Shown piece by piece: positions 29,350 to 39,210 of a stretch of 64,000 nt of DNA (the first letter of the stretch is position 1; each line of letters begins with the position of its first letter). The notes below the pieces were generated by a model. It was given only the letters and a program-made list of their open reading frames with translations, was not told the origin of the DNA and made no database searches. The position numbers and the translations under genes are program-made. This stretch comes from an uncultured Acidimicrobiia bacterium. Its GTDB lineage: Bacteria > Actinomycetota > Acidimicrobiia > Acidimicrobiales > Ilumatobacteraceae. The stretch is taken from the NCBI GenBank assembly GCA_963749315.1, contig CAVVMS010000007.1, positions 18,153 to 82,152 of the forward strand, read 5' to 3'.

Positions 29350-30336
29350 GTGGGGACGGCGCCGGCACGGTTGCGCTTGGCGTTCGGGATCGTCGGCTCC
29401 GTCCTGGTGGTCGGCACGATCGGATACTGGTTGCTCGGGTTCTCCTTCCTCGACGCCCTGTACCAGACGGTGACGACGATCACGACGGTCGGCTTCCGCG
29501 AGGTCGGCGAGTTCGGCGCCGCCGAGAAGTGGTTCACGATCGCCGTCATCATCGCCGGCGTCGGCGCCGTGCTGTATACCTTCACGCTGAGCGTCCAGCT
29601 GGTCGCCGAAGGGTGGCTGTCCGACTTCGTCGGTAGGAGGCGAATGGACCGCAAGATCGCTGACCTCCGGGGCCACGTCGTCGTGTGCGGCTGGGGGAGG
29701 GTGGGACGTGCCGTCGCCGACCACCTCCACGCACGGGCCGCGACGTCGTCGTCGTCGACCTGAGTCGCGAGCGTGTCGAGGGGATCGCCCTGCCGACGAT
29801 CGTCGGTGACGCGACGCTCAACGAGACGCTGCGCGCCGCCGGGATCGAACGCGCCCAGGCGCTCATCGCCGCGTTGTCCGGCGACGCCGAGAACCTGTTC
29901 GTCACGTTGTCCGGCCGGGCGATCAACCCGCGAGCTGTTCATCGTCGCCAGGGCCCGCCAGGACGACAGCGTGCCGAAGCTCTCGCAGGCCGGCGCCGAT
30001 CGCGTCGTCAACCCGCAGGAGCTCGGTGGTGCCCGCATGGCCTCGTTCGTCGTCCAGCCCAACGTCGCCGAGTTCGTCGACGTGGTGATGCACGAGCGGT
30101 CGATGGAGTTCCGCATGCAGGAGGTCGAGATCCCGCCGGACTCGCCGTTCGCCGGCCAGTCCCTGCGCCAGCTCAACCTGCGCGAGCGGGCCAACGTCCT
30201 GGTCCTCGCCGTCCGGCTGGCGGACGGCACGTTCGTCACCAACCCCGACCCGGCCAGCACCTTGGAACCGCAGCAGGTGATCATCGCCGTGGGCACGGCC
30301 GACGATCTCGACCGACTCGAGGGCCTGTGCCGATGA
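29350..30336 (+). CDS. K+ channel-like protein with pore loop plus RCK (TrkA-N/TrkA-C) domains; two frame changes
   Basis: ORF 29158..29763 (pore TTITTVGFRE; VVCGWGRVGR). The frame of ORF 29685.. joins ORF 29773..30336 (TrkA-C-like). Confidence 0.7.
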
Positions 30337-30337
30337 G

Positions 30338-31080
30338 TCAGCAGGCGTGGTAGAGGGTCCCGGCCTCGCTCACGATCCGCGCCGCGGGGACCACCAGCAC
30401 GGGGGTCGTCGAACGCCGAACCAGGTTGCGCGTGACGCTGTGGCGGTGGAATCGCGCGTCCGTCCAGCGGGCGCTGACGGCGAGGTAGACCGGGTCAGCG
30501 ACGCCTTCGGCGAACTGCTCCAAGGACTCGACCGCATCTCCGCCGTGGAGCACCGTCGAGTCCGGCACGACGTCGGCGATCACCGCTCGTCCACCGAACG
30601 TCGCGACCCACGAGGCGACGGCAGGAGCGGCGACGTCCACGCGGTCGGAGTCGCCGACGAAGGCGACCAAGCGTCGGCGACGCCAAGCGACGCGACGATG
30701 TCCGCGGCCCGACGACCAGCACGGGGCTGTCGATGTGGCCGAGCACGTACTCGCTGACGCTGCCGAGCAGCGTGCCCGGCCACCGGTCCCCGTGCCGAGC
30801 TGCCCATGACGAGCAGGGCTCCGGGCCGCGAGGCCATGTGCTCGACGATCGCCGCGCCGCTGTCGTCGTCGTGGAGGACGAGGCAGGAGAAGTGCTCCAG
30901 CCCGTAGCCCTTGGCCCGACGTTCGAGCTCGTACAGATCGACGGCCGTCGGCATGCCCGGCGACGAGATCGTGATCAGCTCGACCGGCAGCCGGCCGAGC
31001 GTGGCGAGCGAGGCGGTGAACGGCAGGGCGCGATCGCCGACGTTCCCGAGGTCGAGAGCCACCACGATGGACGTGAACAT
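30338..31080 (-). CDS. Tandem universal stress protein (two USP domains); frame changes
   Basis: ORF 30580..31134 from MFTSIVVALDL (ATG 31080). The second domain and the C-terminus TPVLVVPA are in the tail of ORF 30338..31477. Confidence 0.7.
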
Positions 31081-31184
31081 CGTGACGATGCGTGCCGCCG
31101 GCGGGTGCCGGTGACCCAGGGTCGAAGGTCCCATGTGGCCGAGCCGAAGGTATCGGGACCGCCGTGCGCTGCGATGATGACGTG

Positions 31185-31847
31185 ATGACAGAGCGGATCA
31201 CCGTGTTCCTGCTCGACGACCACGAGATCGTCCGGCGCGGTCTGCGCGACCTGCTGGAGGGGGAGGGCGACATCGTCGTCGTCGGGGAGGCGAGCACGGA
31301 GGACGAGGCGGTCGGTCGGGTCCTCGCCCTCGACCCCGACGTCGCCGTGCTCGACGTGCGGTTGCAGGACGGCAACGGGATCGCCGCCTGCCGGGAGATC
31401 CGGTCACGCCACCCCCGGACGGCGTGCCTGATCCTCACCTCGTTCACCGACGACGAGGCGCTGTTCGAGGCGATCATGGCGGGCGCGGCGGGCTACGTGC
31501 TGAAGCAGATCCGCACCAACGACCTCATCGACGCCGTGCGCCGGGTGGCCAGCGGGCAGAACCTGCTCGACCCCGCGGTGACGGAACGGGTGCTCGAACG
31601 GCTGCGGCGCGGCCCGGAGGAGGACGAGCGCATCGCTCGGCTCAGCCAGCAGGAGCGCCAGGTCCTCACCCTGCTGGCCGAGGGGCTGACCAACCGCCAG
31701 ATCGCCGAGCGCCTGTACCTGGCGGAGAAGACGATCAAGAACTACGTCACCTCCGTGCTGACGAAGATGGGCATGGCCCGCCGCACGGAGGCCGCCGTGT
31801 ACGCCGCCAGGCACCTCAAGCCCGATCCCGACGCTGACAAGTCGTGA
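31185..31847 (+). CDS. NarL/LuxR-family (DevR/DosR-like) response regulator
   Basis: ORF 31092..31847 from MTERITVFLLDDHEIVR (ATG 31185). The receiver domain includes VLDVRLQDGNG. The HTH is LSQQERQVLTLLAEGLTNRQIAERLYLAEKTIKNYV. Confidence 0.9.
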   Translation: MTERITVFLLDDHEIVRRGLRDLLEGEGDIVVVGEASTEDEAVGRVLALDPDVAVLDVRLQDGNGIAACREIRSRHPRTACLILTSFTDDEALFEAIMAGAAGYVLKQIRTNDLIDAVRRVASGQNLLDPAVTERVLERLRRGPEEDERIARLSQQERQVLTLLAEGLTNRQIAERLYLAEKTIKNYVTSVLTKMGMARRTEAAVYAARHLKPDPDADKS

Positions 31848-31880
31848 AGGGACCTTCGCCCCTGGACCCGTGCGTCCACC

Positions 31881-32357
31881 GTGACGACGCTGGGAACCAT
31901 GACGACCGATCAGCTCGGCATCGAGATCCTCGACGCGGACACGTGCTGGGAGCTACTGCGTGCCAACGAGGTCGGCCGGTTGGCGGTGTCGATCCTCGAT
32001 CATCCAGACATCTTCCCCGTCAACTACGTCGTCGACGAGGACGCGGTGGTCTTCCGCACCGCCGAGGGCACCAAGCTGGCTGCAGCAGTGCTCGGTCGCG
32101 CCGTCGCCTTCGAGGTCGACGGCTACGACCCGGGTTCCGGCGAGGCGTGGAGCGTCGTCATCAAGGGGGCGGCGAGGGAGATCGAACGGATGCAGGACGT
32201 CTTCGCGGCCCTCGACCTTCCGCTGTTCCCGTGGCACGCCAGCCCGAAGCACCGGTTCGTGCGCATCGAGCCGCAGGACCTCAGCGGGCGCCGCTTCGAG
32301 GTCGTCGACCAGCAGGGTCGAGGCGAACCGGTGGCGCCACGAGCACGCGAGGAGTGA
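31881..32357 (+). CDS. Pyridoxamine 5'-phosphate oxidase-family (FMN/F420-binding split-barrel) protein
   Basis: ORF 31881..32357. Contains CWELLRANEVGRLAVS...PDIFPVNYVVDEDAVVFRTAEGTK. Confidence 0.75.
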   Translation: MTTLGTMTTDQLGIEILDADTCWELLRANEVGRLAVSILDHPDIFPVNYVVDEDAVVFRTAEGTKLAAAVLGRAVAFEVDGYDPGSGEAWSVVIKGAAREIERMQDVFAALDLPLFPWHASPKHRFVRIEPQDLSGRRFEVVDQQGRGEPVAPRAREE

Positions 32358-32359
32358 CG

Positions 32360-32806
32360 ATGTCCGAGACCGGCCGTCCCGCCGAGCTGTTCCAGCTCGA
32401 CCGAGCCACATGTCTGGCGCTGCTCACGACCCAGCACGTCGGCCGGCTGATCATCGACGCCGCCGAGCCGGTGATCCGCGTCGTCAACTACACCGCGTTC
32501 GAGCACACCGTCATGTTCCGCTCCGATCCGAGCCCGCAGATCGACGCGATCATCGGCACGCCGGTCGTGTTCGAGGCCGACATGGTCGACGAGCGCACCC
32601 GGTCGGGCTGGAGCGTCGTCGTGCGCGGCATCGCCCGTGACGTCTCCGAGCACCTGGCAGGTCTCGGCCAGACGGCGGCGAACGTCGAGCCCTGGGCACC
32701 CGGACCGAAGACCTGCTGGATCGGCATCGACGTCGACGACGTCACCGGACGCCTCCTCCGCGGCGAGGTCAGCGCGACGTGGGTCAACCCGGCGGGTTAC
32801 GTGTGA
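32360..32806 (+). CDS. Second PNPOx-family split-barrel protein
   Basis: Tail of ORF 31844..32806 from MSETGRPAELFQLDRATCLALL (ATG 32360). Paralogous to the previous gene. Confidence 0.7.
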   Translation: MSETGRPAELFQLDRATCLALLTTQHVGRLIIDAAEPVIRVVNYTAFEHTVMFRSDPSPQIDAIIGTPVVFEADMVDERTRSGWSVVVRGIARDVSEHLAGLGQTAANVEPWAPGPKTCWIGIDVDDVTGRLLRGEVSATWVNPAGYV

Positions 32807-33768
32807 CGGGCCCGCCGCCGCCGGATCAATGACTGCACCGTCGGCACGAGGCCACGCTTGAAGCCGAGGAACAGCACGATGATCACGACGCCGTAGATGA
32901 CGAGGCGCAGCTCGTTCGAGGCCACGAGCCACTCGTCGAGGATGGTGAAGGCGGCGGCGCCGACGACCGGTCCGAGCAGACTGCCGATCCCGCCGAACGC
33001 CAGCATCACCAGCACGCGCACGTCGACCTGGCCGAAGGCGAACGTGGAGGGCGCGATGAACCCCTCGCTGTGGGCGTACACGGCGCCCGCCACGCCGAGC
33101 ATGGCCGAGCCGATGAGACCGGCGTACACGCGATACCTCGTGACGTCGACGCCGGACAGCTCGGCGGAGATCTCGTCGTCGCGGAGGGCGCGGAACGCCC
33201 ACCCGACGTGCGATCGCTGGAGGAACCGGTACAGCGCGAGGTACACCAGCACCAGGGCGAGCAGCGCGTAGTACGGCGGCACCAGCTCGCCGAGAAAGCT
33301 GCCCGATCCGGCATCGACCACGAGCCCGGTCTCGCCGCCGGTGAGGTCGCGGCGGCCGAGCAGCAGGTTGTCGAACGACAGCGAGAACGTCAGCGTCACG
33401 ATGCCGGTGAAGATCACGTCCAGCGAGCGACTGACGGCGATCCAGCTGAGCGCTCCGCCGACCACCGCCGCCCCGATCCCGGCGATGACCATGCTCACCA
33501 GCATCGGGATGCCGACGCGGTCGCTGAGGATCGCCGACGTGTAGCCGCCGAGGCCGGCGAGCGCGCCGATGCACAGGAACAGCTGGCCGGTGCTCCCGAA
33601 CAGCACGTTGAAGGCGACGGCGTAGGCGGCGAAGAGGACGCCGCCGATGATCACGCCCATCATCGTCCGCGAGTCGCCGTAGCGCAGCGGGAGCAACGCC
33701 AGCAGCGCGCCGACGACGGCGATCGGGGCGTACGCGCGCGCCACGGACGGCCGTGCGTGCGCCTTCAT
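32797..33768 (-). CDS. livM: Branched-chain amino-acid ABC transporter permease (LivM-type)
   Basis: C-terminal part of ORF 32797..34743 from MKAHARPSV (ATG 33768, ATGA overlap with the livH stop). Confidence 0.8.
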   Translation of the reverse strand: MKAHARPSVARAYAPIAVVGALLALLPLRYGDSRTMMGVIIGGVLFAAYAVAFNVLFGSTGQLFLCIGALAGLGGYTSAILSDRVGIPMLVSMVIAGIGAAVVGGALSWIAVSRSLDVIFTGIVTLTFSLSFDNLLLGRRDLTGGETGLVVDAGSGSFLGELVPPYYALLALVLVYLALYRFLQRSHVGWAFRALRDDEISAELSGVDVTRYRVYAGLIGSAMLGVAGAVYAHSEGFIAPSTFAFGQVDVRVLVMLAFGGIGSLLGPVVGAAAFTILDEWLVASNELRLVIYGVVIIVLFLGFKRGLVPTVQSLIRRRRARHT

Positions 33769-34623
33769 CTGGGAAGTCCGAGCAGGCCGGTCGGCCGCAG
33801 CACGATCGTGATGGCGGCGGAGACGAGCAGCACGATCGTCGTGATGTACGACCCGATGTAGAACGCAGCTGACGGTGTTGACGACCCCGAGCAGCACCCC
33901 GGCGAGCAACGCACCGGACACGCTGCCAAGGCCGCCGACGACGGCGACGATGAGGGCGAGGATGGTGAAGTCGATGCCCGACGTCACCGTCACCGGCGAG
34001 GTCATCGACCTCGTCACGGCGAAGACGGCGGCGAGCAGGCCGCTGACGCCGAAGATCAGCGTGCGCATCGTCGCCGGGTTGATGCCGCAGAGCTGGGCGC
34101 CCTCCTCCTGCTGGATCACCGAGCGCACGGCCTTGCCGAGCGTGGTGTAGCGGAACACGGCGACGAGCGCGGCGCCCGCGGCGAGGGCGATCGCCGAGGC
34201 CAGCAGCTGACCGGTGCGCATCCCGACGCCGAGGATCTCGACGGGCTCGCCGCCGATGCGCAGGCTGAACGCCTCGATCGGGTAGCGCCAGACGAGGAAG
34301 CCCTCGATGATGAACGCGACGCCGAGCATGAGCAGCAGCCCGAGCAGCACGCGCCGCTCGCCGCGCTCGCGGTACACGGGCTTCATGAGGGTCAGATCGA
34401 GCACGACGCCGAGCGCCGCGGCCGCCGCCAGACCGGCAAGGATGGCGACCCCTGTCGACTGCCCCGCCTCGATGGTGCGGGCCATGACGATCGCCCCGAG
34501 CACGGCCATCTGCCCCTGGGCGAGGTTGAGGACGCCGCCGAGCCCGTAGATCAAGGTCAGCCCGACGCCGAGCAGCCCGAACTGCAGCCCGAGCACGATC
34601 CCGTCGAGGATCGCCGCCCTCAC
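33765..34623 (-). CDS. livH: Branched-chain amino-acid ABC transporter permease (LivH-type); one frame change near 33870
   Basis: VRAAILDGIVLGLQFGLLGVGLTLIYG... from the GTG at 34623. Hand translation restores the C-terminus ...SAAFYIGSYITTIVLLVSAAITIVLRPTGLLGLPR*. Confidence 0.8.
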
Positions 34624-34638
34624 GTGCCAGCTCCACGT

Positions 34639-34711
34639 TCTGGGCGCGGATCGTCCCGGAATCCGGGACGCAGCGCGCCCAGATCGACGATTGAGACGAT
34701 CCGCGCCCAGA
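34639..34711. repeat. REP-like palindromic element X. Arms TCTGGGCGCGGATCGTC (34639-34655) and its exact reverse complement (34695-34711), with an inner 7-bp hairpin at 34653-34669 and a partial third arm.
   Basis: Read directly. It lies in the 97-nt spacer between livF and livH, inside the operon. Confidence 0.85.
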
Positions 34712-34720
34712 TTCCGGAGG

Positions 34721-35425
34721 TCACGTGATCCCCATGTAGGCACGCCGGACGTCGGCGTTGCCGCGCAGCTCGGCGGCGGTGCCGGACAGCTCGATGAGTC
34801 CGTTCTCGAGGACGTAGCCGCGGTCGGCGATGCCGAGGGCGAGCGGGACCTGCTGCTCGGCGACGAGGATGGAGAGGCCGTGCCGGCGAAGGTCCCCGAG
34901 CGCCGCGTAGGCCTCGGCGGCCAGCTTCGGGGCGAGGCCGGTGGTCGGTTCGTCGAGCAGCAGCAGCCGCGGCTTGGCCATCAGGGCGCGGCCGACGGCG
35001 AGCATCTGCTGCTCCCCGCCGCTCATCGTCGCCGCTCGCTGGCGTCGCCGTTCCTCCAGCCGCGGGAACAGCCCGAAGACGAGGGCCCGCCGCTCGGGGT
35101 CGGGTCGCCGCGGGTAGGCACCGAGGTCGAGGTGATCGCTGACCGTCATCTGCGGGAACAGGTCGCGCTCGGCGGGCACGTAGGCGAGCCCGAGGCGGGC
35201 GATCTGGTGCGCTCGCCGTCCGGTGATCGTGGCGTTCTCGAAGCGCACCTCACCGTGTGACGGTCGCAGCAGCCCGGCCACGGCGCGCAGCAGCGTCGTC
35301 TTGCCGGCACCGTTGGAGCCGATGATCGCGACGACCTCGCCCTCCTCCACCGACAGCGAGGCGCCGTGGACGACGTCCTGGCCGACGTAGCCGGCCGACA
35401 GGTCAGCGATCGTGAGCAGCGTCAC
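34721..35425 (-). CDS. livF: Branched-chain amino-acid ABC transporter ATP-binding protein (LivF-type)
   Basis: ORF 34721..35425, intact. Contains GSNGAGKTTLL, LSGGEQQML and LLLLDEP. Confidence 0.9.
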   Translation of the reverse strand: MTLLTIADLSAGYVGQDVVHGASLSVEEGEVVAIIGSNGAGKTTLLRAVAGLLRPSHGEVRFENATITGRRAHQIARLGLAYVPAERDLFPQMTVSDHLDLGAYPRRPDPERRALVFGLFPRLEERRRQRAATMSGGEQQMLAVGRALMAKPRLLLLDEPTTGLAPKLAAEAYAALGDLRRHGLSILVAEQQVPLALGIADRGYVLENGLIELSGTAAELRGNADVRRAYMGIT

Positions 35426-36160
35426 CGTCGTCCACCGCTCGTTCGCCGAGGTAGGCCGTGACGACCTGCGGATCGCGCATCACGTCACCGGGTGCGCCGT
35501 CCGCAAGCAGTCGTCCGAAGTTCAGCACGACGATCCGCTCGGCGAGGCTGAGCACCGCCTTCATCACGTGCTCGACCCAGATCACGGTCACGCCGAGTTG
35601 GTTGCGGGCCGTGCGCACGATCTCGATCGAGGCATCCAGCTCGGTGTCGTTGAGGCCGGCCATCACCTCGTCGAGCAGCAGCAGCCGGGGCCGGCCGGCG
35701 AGCGCCCGGGCGAGGTCGACGAAGCGCTGCTCGTGGAGGTTCAGCGTGCTGACGTCGTGATCGCCGCGGTCGGTGAGGTGGACGAAGCCCAGTGCCTGCT
35801 CGGCCCGGGCGTACGCCTCCGACTCGCTCGGCCGGCCGTCGACGGCGCCGAACATGGCCCCGAGCACGACGTTCTCGCGCACGGTCATCTCGACGAACGG
35901 CCGCGGCGTCTGCAGGACCATGGCGATCCCCGCCCGGCGGGCGCGGTGCGCCGACAGGCGGGTCACGTCGGCCCCCGCGAAGCGGATCGAGCCGCCGGTC
36001 GCCCGGTCGAGGCCGCTGATCGCCTTCAGCAGCGTGCTCTTGCCGGCGCCGTTGGGTCCGACGAGGGCGAGGATCTCGCCCTCGTCGACCTCCAGGCTCA
36101 CCCCGCCGACAGCAGGCAGGCCGCCGAACGACTTCTCGACGGCATCGAGCTCGAGGATCG
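35403..36160 (-). CDS. livG: Branched-chain amino-acid ABC transporter ATP-binding protein (LivG-type); start codon unresolved
   Basis: Tail of ORF 35403..37457: SILELDAVEKSFGGLPAV...GPNGAGKSTLL...LLLLDEVMAGL. There is no ATG, GTG or TTG just upstream of SILEL. Confidence 0.85.
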
Positions 36161-36163
36161 AGG

Positions 36164-37533
36164 TCAGGGCTCGTACGGCTCGAGCGGCTCGGCCAGGATC
36201 AACGTCTCCGGGTACCAGTCGCCGGCCTCGTTGACGCCCGCCGGAGCTGGTCCGGGGCCGATCACCGAGAACAGCGGCGTGGCCGCAGCCATCTCCCCCC
36301 ACTCCGTCCAGCTGAGGTCCCAGGCGTAGCCAGGCAGGTCGAACGTCTCGCCGTGGATGTACTCGGCGATGGCGACCGGATCGTCGCCGACCGCCTCGAC
36401 GGCCTGGGCGACCATCTGCACGATGCCGTAGCCGGCGACGGCGTCGTCCTCCATGAACGTGTTCTCCGAGAGCTCGAGGTAGCGGGCGGCCAGCTCCTGG
36501 TAGTCGTCGCTGGCGAAGTCGGCGCAGTCGAAGTCGGAGAAGCGCCCGATGGCCGCGTCGCCCGCACCCGACACGACGGCGGCCAGCGGCGAGTAGGCGC
36601 CGGTCACCGGGATGTCGAGGCCGAGGTCGGCCGACTGCACCGTGATCGCGCCGGATCCCGGCGGGTGGCCGGTCGCCACGAGCAACTCGGGCCCGAACGC
36701 CTGGAGGTTGCGCAGGTACGTCGTGAAGTCCTGCTCGGGTACCGGCGCCACCTCGATCTGCAGCTCGACGCCCTCCAGCTCGGCGAAGGCCGCTTCCATC
36801 GCCGCCCGGATCGCCTGGCCCCAGGCGTAGTCGGCGACGATCGCCCCGACCTTGGTGATCCCCTCCTGCTGCACGTATTGGGCGATCGGTGCGGCGACCA
36901 TCGGGGCCGAGGGGATGCAGGTGCGGAACGTGTACCGGCTGTCGCGAGTGAGGATCGCCTCGGAGCCGGCCTTGACGAGGAACAGCGGTGTCTCCAGTTC
37001 CTCGGCGATGCGCGCCGTCGCCAGGCCGACGTCGCTGGAGATGATCCCGCCGACCGCCACGGCGCCACCTTCGATGAGACGCTCGAGACCGCTGGAGCCC
37101 GCCTCCGGGTTGGACTCGTCGTCGAGCAGCTCGATGGCGATCGGCCGGCCACCGACGCCGCCGGCGGCGTTGATCTCGTCGGCGGCGAGCTGCATGCCGT
37201 CGCGGACCTGCACGCCCCACGGCGTGAACGGTCCGGTGAGCGACGTCAGCGTGCCGATGACGATCGGATCCCCGGTGGGCGCCTCGGCGGTGCCTGGTGT
37301 CGTCGAGCCGGCGGTGTCGCCGGTCGTCGTCTCGACCGCAGTCGGAGGTGCCGGCCGTCGTCGTCTCCGTCGGCGGCCGCCCCGGTCGTCGCCGGCGCCG
37401 GAGCCGACGTCGCGGCCCCGCCGGACGTGGCCGGCGCGCCTGCGTCGTCGTCGTCATCGTCGTCGCCGCATGCCCCGGCGAGCAGGGCGAGCACAGCGAG
37501 CGCGACGGCTGGTTTCGAGCGTCCCCACATCAT
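36164..37533 (-). CDS. Liv-type periplasmic-binding-protein family substrate-binding lipoprotein; frame changes in the low-complexity linker
   Basis: ORF 36164..37213 is the binding domain. The N-terminus MMWGRSKPAVALAVLALLAGACGDDDDDDD comes from ORF 37246..37620 (ATG 37533). Confidence 0.8.
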
Positions 37534-37607
37534 CGATCCCCCTTGTCGAGCAGGTCGAGCACGTTCGAGCACAGGGTCTAACACACCACTGGCATGATGG
37601 GTGCGCC

Positions 37608-38720
37608 ATGACCATGCCACCGTTCCGCGCCGACCACGTGGGAAGTCTGCTGCGACCGCCCGAGGTGCACGCCGCGCGTCAACGGCGGGCGGACGGTGAG
37701 ATCACCGCGACCGAGCTGCGCGTCGTCGAGGACGAGGCGATCGCCGACGCCGTGCGCAAGCTGGAGGCGACGGGGATGCGCTCGATCACCGACGGCGAGT
37801 TCCGCCGCGCCTGGTTCCACCTCGACTTCCTGCAACAGCTCGACGGCGTGGCGGTCACCGGCAACATCGCGGCCAGCTCCGATGCCGCCGACACGGTGCA
37901 CATGACACCGCCCAAGCTCGCCGTCACCGGCCCACTGCGCCACGGTCGCACCATCCAGGTCGCCGACTTCGAGTACCTCTCGTCAGTGACTGCGCCGCTC
38001 GCCGGGGCGACGCCCAAGGTGTGCATCCCGTCGCCGACGATGGTCCACTTCCGCGGCGGACGAGCGGCGATCGACATCGAGGCGTACCCCGACCTCGACG
38101 TCTTCTTCGCCGACCTGGCGGCGTGCTACCGCGACGAGATCGCCGCCCTGTACGCCGCCGGATGCCGCTACCTGCAGCTCGACGACACCAACCTCGCCTA
38201 CCTCTGCGACCCGGCGATGCGCCAGGGTGCCGTCGACCGCGGGGACGACCCGGACACGTTGCCGCGCACGTACGCGGCGCTGATCAACGAGGCGTTGGCG
38301 GGGCGTCCCGACGACCTGACGGTGTGCGTGCACCTCTGCCGTGGCAACTACCGCAGCACGTGGTTCGCCCAGGGCGGCTACGAGCCGGTCGCCGAGGTGC
38401 TGTTCAACGAGCTCGCCGTCGACGGCTACTTCCTGGAGTACGACGACGAGCGGTCCGGCGACTTCGCCCCGCTGCGGTTCGTGCCCGACGGCAAGCAGGT
38501 CGTGCTCGGGCTCGTCACCAGCAAGCGGCCCGAGCTCGAGTCCCCCGACGAGCTCGCCCGGCGCGTCGACGAGGCGGCCGCCTACATCCCGCTCGACCGG
38601 CTGTGCCTGAGCCCGCAGTGCGGCTTCGCCAGCACCGTCGAGGGCAACGCCCTGACCGAGGACCAGCAGTGGGCCAAGCTGCGCCTCGTCGTCGACACCG
38701 CCGCACACATCTGGCCCTGA
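37608..38720 (+). CDS. Cobalamin-independent methionine synthase II (MetE C-terminal-like) family protein
   Basis: Tail of ORF 36852..38720 from MTMPPFRADHVGSLLRP (ATG 37608). Contains ...ITDGEFRR.WFHLDF...HLCRGNY...LSPQCGF. Confidence 0.8.
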   Translation: MTMPPFRADHVGSLLRPPEVHAARQRRADGEITATELRVVEDEAIADAVRKLEATGMRSITDGEFRRAWFHLDFLQQLDGVAVTGNIAASSDAADTVHMTPPKLAVTGPLRHGRTIQVADFEYLSSVTAPLAGATPKVCIPSPTMVHFRGGRAAIDIEAYPDLDVFFADLAACYRDEIAALYAAGCRYLQLDDTNLAYLCDPAMRQGAVDRGDDPDTLPRTYAALINEALAGRPDDLTVCVHLCRGNYRSTWFAQGGYEPVAEVLFNELAVDGYFLEYDDERSGDFAPLRFVPDGKQVVLGLVTSKRPELESPDELARRVDEAAAYIPLDRLCLSPQCGFASTVEGNALTEDQQWAKLRLVVDTAAHIWP

Positions 38721-38727
38721 CCCCGAA

Positions 38728-38799
38728 TCTGGGCGCGAATCGTCCCACACCCGATCTGGGCGCGAATCGTCTCGGAAACCGAGACGATCTGCACCCAGA
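38728..38799. repeat. REP-like element Y. TCTGGGCGCGAATCGTC occurs twice as a direct repeat (38728-38744, 38755-38771). An inverted arm GACGATCTGCACCCAGA (38783-38799) forms a hairpin of about 21 bp with the second copy.
   Basis: Read directly. It is the same arm family as element X and lies between convergent genes. Confidence 0.85.
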
Positions 38800-38825
38800 T
38801 CCGTGGATTGGGTGCGGGGCCGGCC

Positions 38826-39210
38826 TCAGCGGTCGCCCTCGGTGAGGACCTGCTTGGCGATGCCGATGGCGGTGTTGGCGGCGGGGATGCCGGCGTAGGC
38901 CGCGGTGTGCATGATCACCTCGACGATCTCGGCGGGCGTCAGCCCGTTGCGCAGGCCGGCGCGCAGGTGCATCGCCAGCTCGCGCCTCTGCCCGCAGCGC
39001 GGTGAGCACGGCGATCGTGACGCACGAGCGCGTGCGCCGGTCGAGATGCTCGTCGCGCGCCCACAGCGACCCCCACGCGCTCTCCGTGAGGTAGCGCTGG
39101 AAGTCGGCGTCGAGCTCGGTCGTGGCGGCTACCGCCCGGTCGACGTGGTCGTCGCCGAGGACGTCCCGGCGGACTCGCATCCCGGTCTCGTAGCGGTCGT
39201 CGTCAGCCAT
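38826..39210 (-). CDS. pcaC: 4-carboxymuconolactone decarboxylase; one frame change near 38990
   Basis: ORF 38515..39210 N-terminus (MADDDRYETGMRVRRDVLGDDHVDRA...WARDEHLDRRTRS). Hand translation restores the C-terminus ...LRNGLTPAEIVEVIMHTAAYAGIPAANTAIGIAKQVLTEGDR*. Confidence 0.8.

Noticed and set aside
38728-38771. CRISPR-like spacing of the two direct TCTGGGCGCGAATCGTC copies
   Set aside because: There are only two 17-nt units with a 10-nt gap, followed by an inverted copy. No cas genes are present. This fits a REP-like palindromic element better.
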